The notes beneath the pieces are model-generated. The model was not told where the DNA came from. It saw only the letters and a list, made by a program, of their open reading frames with translations, and ran no database searches. Below are positions 19,275 through 29,167 of a stretch of DNA of 64,000 nucleotides, piece after piece. Numbering within the stretch: the first letter of the stretch is position 1; each line of letters starts with the position of its first letter. The stretch lies in the sequence record DRR378314_1434; one strand, given 5' to 3'. A program made the position numbers and the translations under genes.

Positions 19275-21302
19275 CTAGAAGGAATATTTCGCAGTAATGA
19301 CAAAGGCCCGACCCGGGTCTTCATACGGGGTGTAATTTCCTGAGTCATATCCGACATTGGCGCGATCGCTGTAGGAGGTATCAAACAGGTTTTTGACGTC
19401 CAGTCGCAGGGATGCGCCTGGCAGGAAGTCGGGAAAATACTCTCCGTGAAGGCCGACGATAAAATAAGCGTCCAGTTCGTCAGCACCATTGGAAACGGAG
19501 TCGTCATTTTCAAGTGCCCCTTCACCGGTTGCGCCAAAGCGAAGACCATATTCCGGCCAGTTATAACCGGTCTCGACGGAATAGGTGTCGCCGATGATGA
19601 TCCCTTGATAGGCCAACGTGCTGAGCGGGCTGTCACCGTTTACTTCAACTTCTGCTTTGGTATAGGAGGCCCGAACGAAACCATTGCCGAAATCATACTT
19701 GGCCGATGCGTTAATCCCTTTTGATTCTACATCAGAGCTGTCGGCGCGGTTGCTGCTGGAGACGTTGTGGGAATCCTCGATTTTTGTGAAGAAGATATTC
19801 CCATCAAAGGTAAAGCCGCCCTGTTCGATCACGGTTCCCAGCTTGGCATTGTAGGAGCGAGAGGGTTCCAGATCGTCGTAATTCCAGGCAGCACCGGGTG
19901 CAAGAGCAATCCAGTAATTCTGAATACCAACTTCAGTCATAGGAATGCCGCCCCAGGCTGTGCCGACCCCTGCATACCCCATCAACCAGGGGGTAAAGTC
20001 ATATTCACCGTTGATGTTACCGCTGACACCGGCATTATCAAATTCAGACCCTTCGTTGCCTTTCAGGTGGTTATAGTCGATGCGGCCACCAAAAGAGATC
20101 CGGGCTGCTTCGGTCAGTGAAAGACGAGCCTGACCAAAGATACCGATGTCATAGACTTTTTCCGTGTAGTCATCGTCAGAGATCCGACCGCCGGTTCCCT
20201 CATCATAATAGAAATCCGTACCGGTTGTGATGGTGCCGTGATCGATAGTGAAGGTATTGGCCGCTTTACCGTTGATGGTTGTGATATCCGCATTGATGCC
20301 TTCACCAATGGGTGTGTTGGAGATATCGGCATATAGTTTGGCATTGGTGTAAGCCAGGGTAAATACCGGGTTCCAAAGGTCTGTTGGCGTGTCGTCACTC
20401 AATGACAGGCTAACGGATTTGCGTTCATAATCGACACGACCTGGAGTCCAGGCCGGGTTGACAGCCCCACCGAAATTTGGACGTGAAGGGCGAATTTCGT
20501 CATCATTGAGGTAGTCGGCTTTGAATTTTATACGATAACCATTGTTGGCGGTGTAAGCCAGTTTGACCATTCCGGTTTTCATGTCAGCCTTGGTGCCGAC
20601 AACTTCGTCCCCGTCGCCGTCTTTGTAATTGTCGCTGTTGTCATACCCGATCGCAGCAATGGCATCAAAATTCTGCTGTCGCAGAGCGAAGGCTAGATTT
20701 TCAGAGAAACCGCCTGTGTTGGTGTTGTAGCTGACTTTTCCATAGCCGCCGAAAGTTTCATCCGGATCAAGGAAATCCCGGCCATCTTTCGTTTCATAGG
20801 AAATAGAGCCTGCCAGCGCTTCGGGTCCGGCATCAGCCGGGGCCACGCCCGTTTCCACTTTTACAGATTTCAGCAATTCCGGATCCAGAATTGCGGTGCC
20901 GATATGGTGAAATGTTTTAGTGACCTGACGCGCGCCGTCGATATCCACGGTCAGTTTGGTATCTTCAATTCCGTTCACATAGACCTTTTGGCCAATCGGG
21001 GTGGGGGAGCTGACATTCACACCAGGTTCCTGTCGAAAGACATCTTTCACGTCCGTTGGGGAAATGCGATCCAACTCGTCTTCATCCAATTGAATGCCGC
21101 CGGTTAAAACATCGGCTTTGGCGTCGACCGAAATAGGCTCCAGCAGGATTGTCGTATCAGACTTATCCGTATCCGAGGTGGATTGGGCAAGGACAGACGA
21201 TGGAAGTGCGATTGCGGCGACACCTGCCATGAGTAGGAGTTTGCTGCGCTGTATAGCCGTTCCAAATCCGGTTGAGGTTGATTTTGATTTTTTGACTGAC
21301 AT
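19275..21302 (-). CDS. TonB-dependent outer-membrane receptor (FetA/FrpB/VctA-like iron receptor)
   Basis: TonB-box-like EPISVDA, plug QKVYVNGIED..TVDIDGARQ...FHHIG, C-terminal VKNLFDTSY...PGRAFVITAKYSF. ATG 21302 has a GGGAG RBS. Confidence 0.9.
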   Translation of the reverse strand: MSVKKSKSTSTGFGTAIQRSKLLLMAGVAAIALPSSVLAQSTSDTDKSDTTILLEPISVDAKADVLTGGIQLDEDELDRISPTDVKDVFRQEPGVNVSSPTPIGQKVYVNGIEDTKLTVDIDGARQVTKTFHHIGTAILDPELLKSVKVETGVAPADAGPEALAGSISYETKDGRDFLDPDETFGGYGKVSYNTNTGGFSENLAFALRQQNFDAIAAIGYDNSDNYKDGDGDEVVGTKADMKTGMVKLAYTANNGYRIKFKADYLNDDEIRPSRPNFGGAVNPAWTPGRVDYERKSVSLSLSDDTPTDLWNPVFTLAYTNAKLYADISNTPIGEGINADITTINGKAANTFTIDHGTITTGTDFYYDEGTGGRISDDDYTEKVYDIGIFGQARLSLTEAARISFGGRIDYNHLKGNEGSEFDNAGVSGNINGEYDFTPWLMGYAGVGTAWGGIPMTEVGIQNYWIALAPGAAWNYDDLEPSRSYNAKLGTVIEQGGFTFDGNIFFTKIEDSHNVSSSNRADSSDVESKGINASAKYDFGNGFVRASYTKAEVEVNGDSPLSTLAYQGIIIGDTYSVETGYNWPEYGLRFGATGEGALENDDSVSNGADELDAYFIVGLHGEYFPDFLPGASLRLDVKNLFDTSYSDRANVGYDSGNYTPYEDPGRAFVITAKYSF

Positions 21303-21333
21303 TTGAACTCCCGCTGTCCAAGGCTTTACTTTT

Positions 21334-21348
21334 TGCGAATAATTCTTA
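21334..21348. promoter_or_regulatory. Fur-box-like 7-1-7 inverted repeat upstream of the TBDR operon
   Basis: TGCGAAT-A-ATTCTTA, one mismatch per arm from TGAGAAT-N-ATTCTCA, about 30 nt upstream of the receptor start. Confidence 0.6.
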
Positions 21349-21381
21349 ATACTAACAAAAGTAACGGCTCGCCAGAGCGGA

Positions 21382-21418
21382 ATTGTTTGCAAAAACACTA
21401 TTATTGTTTGCGAAAAAC
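21382..21418. promoter_or_regulatory. Tandem direct repeat, candidate AraC-family operator
   Basis: ATTGTTTGC(A/G)AAAA at 21382 and 21403 (21-bp period), lying between the divergent TBDR and AraC genes. Confidence 0.55.
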
Positions 21419-21497
21419 GATCGCGCAGAAGGGAGCCGGCAGTTATCCCAGAGATGCAAAAGCCTTTCTTTGTATGCAGGGACCGGTGGAGTTTGAA

Positions 21498-22508
21498 ATG
21501 TCCGAGGATTATGGCCGATCAGGTGTTCGCAAGCGGCAATTGACGTATGTGGAACAAATCAAGGAGACAACCCTGTCCAATCTGTCACGGGCGCAGGACG
21601 GCCGTGGGCCTCGATTTATTCCCGAAGATGATAAAACGATCCTGAAGGGTCATTTTTGCTGCGATCGTTTTCTCAACGCCATTGAACTGCATTCCAGTGA
21701 CACGGTGGAGATGGAAAATTATACGGTTCAAGCCCTTTTAAAACCGGCATTGACGGTATGTGTCCTGTTGGAGGGGCGACTGGAAAGCTCTTTTGATGAC
21801 ACTGAATTTGTGCTGGATGCCAGTGATGGGCCAAAAGGATTTGTTTGGGCGTATGGAAAATCAGTCCGCTGGCAACGTAAAATTCAAAGCGGTATGCGAA
21901 TCCGTAAAATCAATATTTCGGCGGAAGCCAATTGGCTGCTCGAGCAAATGGGGGCGGCGGATGGGTTGGATGGCAAAGTCGCGACTTTGTTTGAAGATCC
22001 GTTCCGCATCCATGAATGGGAATTGTCTAGCCGGGTGATTTCCCTGACCAATCAGGTGATCATGCAGGAACAATCAAGCGCGCTGTTGCATTATATTCGC
22101 CGGGAAAGTCGGGCGCTGGAAATTCTGGGGGAGGCGCTGGAGAGTTACGGGACCCGTATTTCCCCAGCGGCAACACCGGAAAAAAGTCATCGATATCTGA
22201 CCCGTGCGGAACTGATCCGGGATTATATCGAGCATCAGGATATGACCCAGTTGAAACTCTCTACCCTCGCCCGGGAGCTTGGCTTCAGTGTTAGCAATAT
22301 GCAATCCTGCTTCAAACGGGCCTTTGGCATGACCATCATGGATTATATCCGGGAAAGGCGGCTGATCACGGCCCGTGAAGCCCTGGAAAGAGAGGGCGTC
22401 TCCATTGCTGAGGCGGCCTATGTGGCGGGATATAACAGCCCATCCAACTTCTCGACCGCCTTCAAGCGACAGTTTGGCTTATCGCCGTCTGAAATTCCGT
22501 TCGACTGA
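21498..22508 (+). CDS. AraC family transcriptional regulator (siderophore-responsive PchR/YbtA-like)
   Basis: C-terminal double HTH: LARELGFS...FKRAFG and IAEAAYVAGYNSPSNFSTAFKRQFGLSP. ATG 21498 follows GGAG. Confidence 0.9.
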   Translation: MSEDYGRSGVRKRQLTYVEQIKETTLSNLSRAQDGRGPRFIPEDDKTILKGHFCCDRFLNAIELHSSDTVEMENYTVQALLKPALTVCVLLEGRLESSFDDTEFVLDASDGPKGFVWAYGKSVRWQRKIQSGMRIRKINISAEANWLLEQMGAADGLDGKVATLFEDPFRIHEWELSSRVISLTNQVIMQEQSSALLHYIRRESRALEILGEALESYGTRISPAATPEKSHRYLTRAELIRDYIEHQDMTQLKLSTLARELGFSVSNMQSCFKRAFGMTIMDYIRERRLITAREALEREGVSIAEAAYVAGYNSPSNFSTAFKRQFGLSPSEIPFD

Positions 22509-22514
22509 TCGCCT

Positions 22515-23480
22515 CTAAAGCAGATGACAGGCGGCCATATGGCCACCGCCCTGATCCTTGAGGGCAGGCGGTTCCTGAAAACATTTTTCCTCAGCCAATG
22601 GGCAGCGTCCGGAAAAACGGCACCCTTTGGGCAGATTAATGGGGCTTGGTGGATCGCCGGCCAGAGGGACCCGCTCCGGCGCGTCCTTATTGGCGTTCAC
22701 ACGCGGAACCGACGCCAGCAGGGCCTTGGTATAGGGGTGTTTGGGGGCACTGAACAGAGATTTGCGATCTGCCTGTTCAACGATTTGACCCAGATACATA
22801 ACGGCCACATCATCGCACAGATGCTGCACCACCCCCAGATCATGGCTGATAAACAGATATGTAACGCCCATTTCTTCCTGCAGGCGGCGCATCAGATTGA
22901 GGATCTGCGCCTGGACGGCTACATCCAGTGCCGAGACTGGCTCATCACAGACGATCAGGTCCGGTTTGGTCGCAAGGGCACGGGCAAGACCGATCCTTTG
23001 CCGCTGGCCGCCGGAGAATTGATGGGGAAACAGGGTTGTCAGCTCTGGACGCAGGCCGACCTGAACAAACAGGTCTTTGACTTTCTGCTCCTGCTCTTCA
23101 GGGGTGCCAATTTCCATCAGTTCCAACGGTTCCTTGACGATTTCCCCGACCCGTTTGCGTGGATCAAGTGACGAATAAGGATCCTGAAAGATCATCTGGA
23201 AATTCCGACGGGATTTGCGAAGATCTTCTTTTTCCAGACTGCTGATTTCCAAATCACCGAGGGTTATGTTCCCTTCCGTGATCGGGACAAGGCGAAGAAC
23301 GGCAAGGGCGGTCGTGGTTTTCCCTGACCCACTTTCGCCAACGATGCCAAGGGTCCGTCCTTTATCCACCTTGAAGCTGACCCCATCAACCGCATGGACC
23401 GTCTGGATTTCTTTAAACAGTTTCTTTTTCGAAAAATGAACTTTGAGGTCCTTGACCTCCAGCAATGTTTCACTGGTCAT
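22515..23480 (-). CDS. Oligopeptide/dipeptide-type ABC ATP-binding protein (OppF/DppF-like)
   Basis: GESGSGKTT, FSGGQRQR, CDEPVSALD, and a C-terminal Cys cluster GCRFSGRC...C...ACH. Confidence 0.92.
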   Translation of the reverse strand: MTSETLLEVKDLKVHFSKKKLFKEIQTVHAVDGVSFKVDKGRTLGIVGESGSGKTTTALAVLRLVPITEGNITLGDLEISSLEKEDLRKSRRNFQMIFQDPYSSLDPRKRVGEIVKEPLELMEIGTPEEQEQKVKDLFVQVGLRPELTTLFPHQFSGGQRQRIGLARALATKPDLIVCDEPVSALDVAVQAQILNLMRRLQEEMGVTYLFISHDLGVVQHLCDDVAVMYLGQIVEQADRKSLFSAPKHPYTKALLASVPRVNANKDAPERVPLAGDPPSPINLPKGCRFSGRCPLAEEKCFQEPPALKDQGGGHMAACHLL

Positions 23481-24469
23481 GCGGGTTTACCTTCCAAAAC
23501 ATGATAGCAAGCCACTCTATGCTGCGCGCCGATCTGGGTGATTTCCGGTGTGCTGCTGGTGCATTTATCCAAAGCATATTTGCAGCGCGGCGCAAAGGCA
23601 CATCCCGATCCAAGGTCGGTGAGCGGCGGAACAACGCCTTCAATTTCCTCAAGATAAGGGCGTTCATCTGTGGGGTTATCTTCCAGATGCGGAACGCAGG
23701 CGATAAGCCCCCTGGTATAAGGATGCTGGGGATCGTCGAGGATTTCACGGGTCGTGCCCGTTTCAATGATGTGACCGGCATACATGACAGCGACCCGATC
23801 CGTGAGTTCAGCGATCGCCCCCATGTCGTGGGTAATCATGATAATGGCCGTGCCGGTATCCCGCTGCAGGTCTTTCAACAGATCAAAGATCTGAGCCTGC
23901 ACCGTGACATCAAGTGCGGTTGTCGGCTCATCCGCAATGAGGACCCGAGGTTTACAAGCCAGCGCAAGACCGATCATCACCCGTTGGCGCATGCCCCCGG
24001 ATAGTTCATGGGGGTAAGCCTTGGCGCGAATGGCAGGTTCTGGAATACCAACGGTCTCCAGCATTTCCACGGCCCGTTTCCAGGCTTCGTCCTTGCTGAC
24101 ATTCTGATGCAGAAGGACACTTTCGGCAATTTGATCGCCGATCCGGAAAACCGGGTTCAAAGAGGTCATTGGTTCCTGAAAAATCATCGAGATGATGTTG
24201 CCCCGGATATCCCGAAGTTTCCGCGGTGGTAACTTTGTCAGATCTTCCCCGTCCAGCTTGATCGATCCGGAGGTGATCTTTCCTGGCGGGCTTGGGATTA
24301 ATCCCATAATGGACAGGGCCGTCATGCTTTTCCCGCAGCCGGACTCCCCCACAATTCCAAGGATTTCTCCCTCTTTCAGATCGAGGCTGACATGATTTAG
24401 TACCCGGGCATTTCCGGCGCGGGTTCTGAAATCAACCACAAGATCCTTGATTTCCAGTAGCTCAGACAT
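23477..24469 (-). CDS. Oligopeptide/dipeptide-type ABC ATP-binding protein (OppD/DppD-like)
   Basis: [35 protein letters not shown]. Confidence 0.92.
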   Translation of the reverse strand: MSELLEIKDLVVDFRTRAGNARVLNHVSLDLKEGEILGIVGESGCGKSMTALSIMGLIPSPPGKITSGSIKLDGEDLTKLPPRKLRDIRGNIISMIFQEPMTSLNPVFRIGDQIAESVLLHQNVSKDEAWKRAVEMLETVGIPEPAIRAKAYPHELSGGMRQRVMIGLALACKPRVLIADEPTTALDVTVQAQIFDLLKDLQRDTGTAIIMITHDMGAIAELTDRVAVMYAGHIIETGTTREILDDPQHPYTRGLIACVPHLEDNPTDERPYLEEIEGVVPPLTDLGSGCAFAPRCKYALDKCTSSTPEITQIGAQHRVACYHVLEGKPA

Positions 24470-25350
24470 CAACGCTCTCTTAGTTTTGGATTAAAGGCAT
24501 CATTTAGACCATCACCGACCAGGCTGAAGCCAAGGACCGTCAGGAAAATCATGAAACCGGGGAAGCTGATCGCCCACCAGGCATCCAGAATATATTCCCG
24601 TGCGGCGCCAATCATCATACCCCAACTGAAGACATTGGGATCGCCAAGCCCCAGAAAGCTGAGGCCAGCCTCAAACAGGATGGCAATACCGATTGTCAGG
24701 GTAGCCGATACAATCAGGGGTGCCAGAGCATTGGGCAGGATCACCCGCCAGATAATCCGGTTATTCCGGGCCCCGATTGAACGCGCGGCGTTTACATATT
24801 CCAGATTGCGGATGCGCAGGAATTCCGCCCGTGTCAGACGCGCCGTTGCCGGCCAGCTGACAATGCCGATGGCCACAGATATGACGTAGATGGACGGGGC
24901 AAACAGGGTCACCAGCACCATGGCGAAAAGCAGGGCAGGCAAAACCTGAAAAAATTCGGTAATCCGCATGAGGAATTCATCAACGGCACCACCATAAAAA
25001 CCGGACATGGCGCCAACCATAATCCCGATGGTCATGGTCAGGAAACCGGCCGTCATACCGACAAACAATGTCGAGGCGCCGCCATGCAGCAGACCCGCAA
25101 GGATATCCCGCCCCAGATAGTCTGTTCCCAGCGGTACATTTGCAACGTCACCTGGCGGGGTTAGCGGCGCCCAAACCACTTCAAACGGATCCACTGAATA
25201 GATAAGCGGTCCGATAAAGCAGAACACACAAATGGCGACCAGAATGACGAGACCGAGCATACCGGCCCAGCTTTGGCGAAAGGCACGCGCGGCTTCGCGA
25301 AGCGGGCTTTGCGCTTTGACGGGCGCTGCTGATGTGTCCGTTATGCTCAT
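24469..25350 (-). CDS. Opp/Dpp-type ABC permease (OppC-like)
   Basis: LGTDYLGRD and the EAA loop EYVNAARSIGA...ILPNA. Confidence 0.92.
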   Translation of the reverse strand: MSITDTSAAPVKAQSPLREAARAFRQSWAGMLGLVILVAICVFCFIGPLIYSVDPFEVVWAPLTPPGDVANVPLGTDYLGRDILAGLLHGGASTLFVGMTAGFLTMTIGIMVGAMSGFYGGAVDEFLMRITEFFQVLPALLFAMVLVTLFAPSIYVISVAIGIVSWPATARLTRAEFLRIRNLEYVNAARSIGARNNRIIWRVILPNALAPLIVSATLTIGIAILFEAGLSFLGLGDPNVFSWGMMIGAAREYILDAWWAISFPGFMIFLTVLGFSLVGDGLNDAFNPKLRER

Positions 25351-25352
25351 AA

Positions 25353-26330
25353 TCAGCCTCCTGTCCGGATGCGGGGATCGACCAGACGGTAGACAAGATC
25401 CGTCAAAATGTTGGCTGTGATCACCAAAAGGGATGAGAAAAAGAGAATTCCAAGAACGGTGGGGTAGTCCCTGGCGAGAATTGAATCAAAGGCGAGGGTT
25501 CCAAGACCCGGCCAACTGAAAACCGTTTCCACAAGAACCGCGCCGGAGACAATGGCACCGAACTGCAGACCAGCGATGGTCACAACCGGTAGGATCGCAT
25601 TGCGCAGTGCATGGCGGCCATAGACGGTAATTTCAGAAGCCCCTTTGGCGCGGGCGGTCCGGATATAATCAGATCCCAGAATTTCGAGCATACTGGCCCG
25701 CGATAGCCTGGCATATTGCGCCAGATAGACAATGCCGAGCGTCAGGGCCGGCAACACCAGATGATGGGCGATATCAAGACTGCGGGTTAGCAGATCGTCA
25801 CTTAAGGTAATGTCGTACATGCCCGAGATCGGAAAAACAGGAATGGCCCAGGCAAAAACGATAACCAACATCATACCGGTCCAGAAAATAGGCGCGGAAT
25901 AGCCGATCACGGAAACCAGAGTGACAAGTCCACTGACAAAACCTTTGGGTTTGTGAGAGGCTATTACCCCAAGCAGGGTTCCTACGAAAATGGCGAAAAG
26001 CAAGGCGACCAACACTAATAGAATGGTCGCGCCAACCCGATCGAGTACTAGTTCAAGAACGGGGGCGTTATAAAAGAAAGATTGTCCGAGGTCTCCTTGC
26101 AGTGCCTTGCCCAGGTAAGTGCCGAGCTGGACAATGACAGGTTTATCCAGTCCGTAGGCCGACCGGATTTCGGCCAGCATTTCTTCGGTTGCGCCCCCCA
26201 TTTCGCCAGCGATCACTTCAGCAGGATCACCAGGCGCAATGTGGATTAGAAGAAAGTTGAGAACAAGGACTGCAAGGATAAGCAGAAACGCGTGAAAAAG
26301 ACGACGGACAACTAACATTAGGATATTCAT
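25353..26330 (-). CDS. Opp/Dpp-type ABC permease (OppB-like)
   Basis: APGDP, YGLDKP, DYIRTARAKGA, HALRNA and VETVFSWPGLG. Confidence 0.92.
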   Translation of the reverse strand: MNILMLVVRRLFHAFLLILAVLVLNFLLIHIAPGDPAEVIAGEMGGATEEMLAEIRSAYGLDKPVIVQLGTYLGKALQGDLGQSFFYNAPVLELVLDRVGATILLVLVALLFAIFVGTLLGVIASHKPKGFVSGLVTLVSVIGYSAPIFWTGMMLVIVFAWAIPVFPISGMYDITLSDDLLTRSLDIAHHLVLPALTLGIVYLAQYARLSRASMLEILGSDYIRTARAKGASEITVYGRHALRNAILPVVTIAGLQFGAIVSGAVLVETVFSWPGLGTLAFDSILARDYPTVLGILFFSSLLVITANILTDLVYRLVDPRIRTGG

Positions 26331-26368
26331 GAGAAGTTCTCCGTCATCAAACTTTACTATTCAACATC

Positions 26369-27952
26369 TTACTTGAAATAGACCTCATCAAGAGGGGACA
26401 TGGTTCCCCAGATTGTCAGAGGCGGATTGCCAAGTTTGGTTTTGTTATACGCTGTGTGGTAGGGAAGCGTATTGATGAATACCAGCGGTGCTTCATCAAC
26501 AATGATTTTCTGGGCTTCCTGATAGAGCGCGATCCGTTTGGACTGATCCAGCTCTTTGCTGGCCTGATCCAACAGCTTGTCTACTGCTTCGTTGCAGTAG
26601 CTTTGGGTATTTGACCAGATCACACCTTTGCGGATGTTGTCGCAGATATAAGTTCTGTGAACACCGATCACAGGATCCGCCCAGTTGAACACAATGTCCA
26701 TGGTCATATCAAAATCGTGACCGCCAACCCGTTTGGCCCAGGTTGGGAAATCAGGGGACGCCCGTAGTTCCACATTAATTCCGATTTTTTTAAGCTGTGG
26801 CTTCAGGTATTCGGCAATACTTTTCTGCATTTCTGCAGATCCCGGGATGTAATCCAGGCTTAAAGAGAATCGGGTCCCATCAGATCCAGCCTTGAATCCG
26901 GCTTCGTCCAGAAGAGCATTTGCCTTGTCCAGATCCAGTGCGTATTTTTCAACATCAGGGGCATAATAGGGGCTGCCGGGGGCAACAGGTCCGGTTGCCG
27001 CTTTGGATAAACCACCGTGAAGCGCATTGATAATGAAGTTCTGATCAAATCCGTAGGCAATCGCCTGACGCACTTTCTGATGTTTCAAATATTCATTGTT
27101 GGTGTTGAAGGCGAGCCAGTTAAGCGGGCCGACTGCAGCGTAACCATCTGAGGTCACTTCGATGTCGCTATTGTCGCGAAGTCGTTTGATATCCCGAGTG
27201 CTGCTCAGGAACGGATACATGGTGACTTCACCTTTATCTGTGGCAAGCGCCAGACTGGTTGGGTCCTTGTAGTTCTTGATAATGATCTTATCGAGATAGG
27301 GTTTCCCTTTCAGGAAGTAGTCCGGGTTTTTCTCCAGAATTATATATTGTCCTGGCTTAAATTCAGCGAATTTGAATGGGCCAGAGCCAACCGGCGCGTT
27401 ATTGGCGGGATGACTTTTTGCATCCTGCCCATCACCATAGACATGCTTTGGAATAATGGGCAGAAGCGCACCAGACATCGCCAGCATGGCAGCGGGATGT
27501 GGTCGTGAGAAATTCATGATGGCGGTATGAGCATCCGGCGTGTCGACACTGGTTACCGGTTCAAACATGGTTTTGAAAGGGTGGTTGTCTTTCACGGTTT
27601 GTAAGGAAAAGGCCACATCTTCTGAAGTGATAGGTTTGCCATCATGGAATTTTGCGTTTTTCCGCAAATTCAATGTAATGCTTTTACCGTCTTCAGCAAT
27701 TTCCCAGCTTTCAGCCAGATAAGGTTTTGCCTGCCAGTTTTCGTCAAACCGAAGGGGCGTTGCAAAAATCTGTGTTCCCGGAACTGCGGTTGCAATTCCT
27801 GACTGAACCGCAGGGTTTAAATGCCGTGCTTTTTGTGTTGTCCCAATAACGAGTGTGCCGCCTGGCTTACCCTCTTCCGCCTGAAGAGGTGCCGACGCAA
27901 ATGTGCCCGCCAGAAGCGTGGCGGCAAGCGCCATGGCTCCAAATGTTTTCAT
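26369..27952 (-). CDS. Family 5 (Opp/Dpp/Nik) ABC substrate-binding protein
   Basis: Signal peptide, PYLAESWE...LRKNAKFHDGKPITSEDV, and PVGSGPFKF. Confidence 0.92.
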   Translation of the reverse strand: MKTFGAMALAATLLAGTFASAPLQAEEGKPGGTLVIGTTQKARHLNPAVQSGIATAVPGTQIFATPLRFDENWQAKPYLAESWEIAEDGKSITLNLRKNAKFHDGKPITSEDVAFSLQTVKDNHPFKTMFEPVTSVDTPDAHTAIMNFSRPHPAAMLAMSGALLPIIPKHVYGDGQDAKSHPANNAPVGSGPFKFAEFKPGQYIILEKNPDYFLKGKPYLDKIIIKNYKDPTSLALATDKGEVTMYPFLSSTRDIKRLRDNSDIEVTSDGYAAVGPLNWLAFNTNNEYLKHQKVRQAIAYGFDQNFIINALHGGLSKAATGPVAPGSPYYAPDVEKYALDLDKANALLDEAGFKAGSDGTRFSLSLDYIPGSAEMQKSIAEYLKPQLKKIGINVELRASPDFPTWAKRVGGHDFDMTMDIVFNWADPVIGVHRTYICDNIRKGVIWSNTQSYCNEAVDKLLDQASKELDQSKRIALYQEAQKIIVDEAPLVFINTLPYHTAYNKTKLGNPPLTIWGTMSPLDEVYFK

Positions 27953-28068
27953 CCCAGCCTCCTGTTAGAGTATGTAAAATAACTTATTTTTAAGTTTAAT
28001 TTTTTTGCTGCATCGCAGAAAAAGCTAGTTTGTTACGCTTCTTTCGTAAAATATATTTTTAGATGGTA

Positions 28069-28091
28069 TATCCTCAAAAAAAAAGAGGATA
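28069..28091. promoter_or_regulatory. LysR-type operator (T-N11-A) upstream of the Opp-type SBP gene
   Basis: Perfect inverted repeat TATCCTC-N9-GAGGATA containing T(28074)-N11-A(28086). Confidence 0.65.
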
Positions 28092-28109
28092 GCCCGAGTT
28101 GCCACTCCC

Positions 28110-29033
28110 TTAGCTCAGGACGGCATTATCAAACTGGCCTTCATCCCGAAGCCGTAAACAGATATCAATCACCACTTGGTCCGCCTTGCTGAGCACGGCA
28201 TCGACACGATGTAGAATTCCAAACTCAACAGCTCGATATCCTGAGGTCAGGGGAATTCGAACCAAATCACCGACCGTGTATTGCTGTTTTTTCAAGGGTC
28301 TGAGATTAAAAATAGAATATCCGAGGCCGGAGGCAACCATGCTTCGGACCATTTCGGCTGATTTAGAGGAATAGATGACCCGTGGTGTCAGGTTGTCTTC
28401 GGCAAACAGGCTAAACATATAGTCCCGCGTTTGCTCCAGATCCAAAAGAACCATTGGTTCCTTATGAACGTCTTTTAAGCTCAAAACCGATCGGTTTGCC
28501 AGAGAATGATCAACCGGTAGAACGATATGCGGTGGTGCAGTAAACAGAGGAATAAAAGCAATCTGTTCCCCTATATCAGAGGCAAAGCCTAAGCCTAAAT
28601 CAATTTCATTTCGCTCAACTCGGGCCATGTTCGTATGATTTTCGCCTTCGACAAAATGCATGGAAACGCCAGGGTAATTAGTGGCGACAGCCCGCGTGAT
28701 CAAGGGCAGTAGGATGGGCGCTGCGGGGGTGAAGCAGCCCATTCGAAGGGATCCGTTAATTGCGTTTGCCTGTTCACCGACGGCATCTTCAAAGGCTATA
28801 TGCGCTTTTAGCAGTTGCCGCGCATGCCCCAGGAAAGCAGTGCCAAACTGGGTCGAAATAATGCCTTTGGACGGCAGCCGCCTGAACAGGGTTCGGCCTA
28901 ATTCCAACTCCAACGCATCAATGGCCGCAGAGATCGAGGACGGAGAGATATGCAATTCTTTAGAGGCATTGGTAATCGATCGATGGCGAGCTGCTACATC
29001 TATGTATTTTAATTGCTTGAGCGTATAGCGCAT
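28110..29033 (-). CDS. LysR family transcriptional regulator
   Basis: N-terminal HTH TLKQLKY...SITNASKELHISPSSISAAIDALE.ELG..LFRR; 307 aa. Confidence 0.93.
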   Translation of the reverse strand: MRYTLKQLKYIDVAARHRSITNASKELHISPSSISAAIDALELELGRTLFRRLPSKGIISTQFGTAFLGHARQLLKAHIAFEDAVGEQANAINGSLRMGCFTPAAPILLPLITRAVATNYPGVSMHFVEGENHTNMARVERNEIDLGLGFASDIGEQIAFIPLFTAPPHIVLPVDHSLANRSVLSLKDVHKEPMVLLDLEQTRDYMFSLFAEDNLTPRVIYSSKSAEMVRSMVASGLGYSIFNLRPLKKQQYTVGDLVRIPLTSGYRAVEFGILHRVDAVLSKADQVVIDICLRLRDEGQFDNAVLS

Positions 29034-29048
29034 GAGCCCTCGGATTTA

Positions 29049-29070
29049 ATCTTCAATATTTTTGAGGAAT
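29049..29070. promoter_or_regulatory. LysR-type operator (T-N11-A) between lysR and the amidohydrolase gene
   Basis: ATCTTC-N9-GAGGAAT with T(29053)-N11-A(29065); matches the 28069-28091 site. Confidence 0.65.
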
Positions 29071-29167
29071 AACAGCTAAATAAACTATTTTTCAGAGGTT
29101 AGATGCCTCACTAAACTCTGTCCACAATAAAAATTACCGCATTTTGAACAGGGAAATGGACGTCTCA

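Noticed and set aside
21303..21497. Extended N-termini of AraC (from 21303) and the TBDR (from 21398) in the ORF track
   Set aside because: They overlap each other and the regulatory spacer; the internal ATGs at 21498 and 21302 have clear RBSs.
28069..28091. Terminator interpretation of the inverted repeat downstream of lysR
   Set aside because: The U-run lies in the loop rather than after the stem, and the element matches a second site at 29049, which favours an operator.
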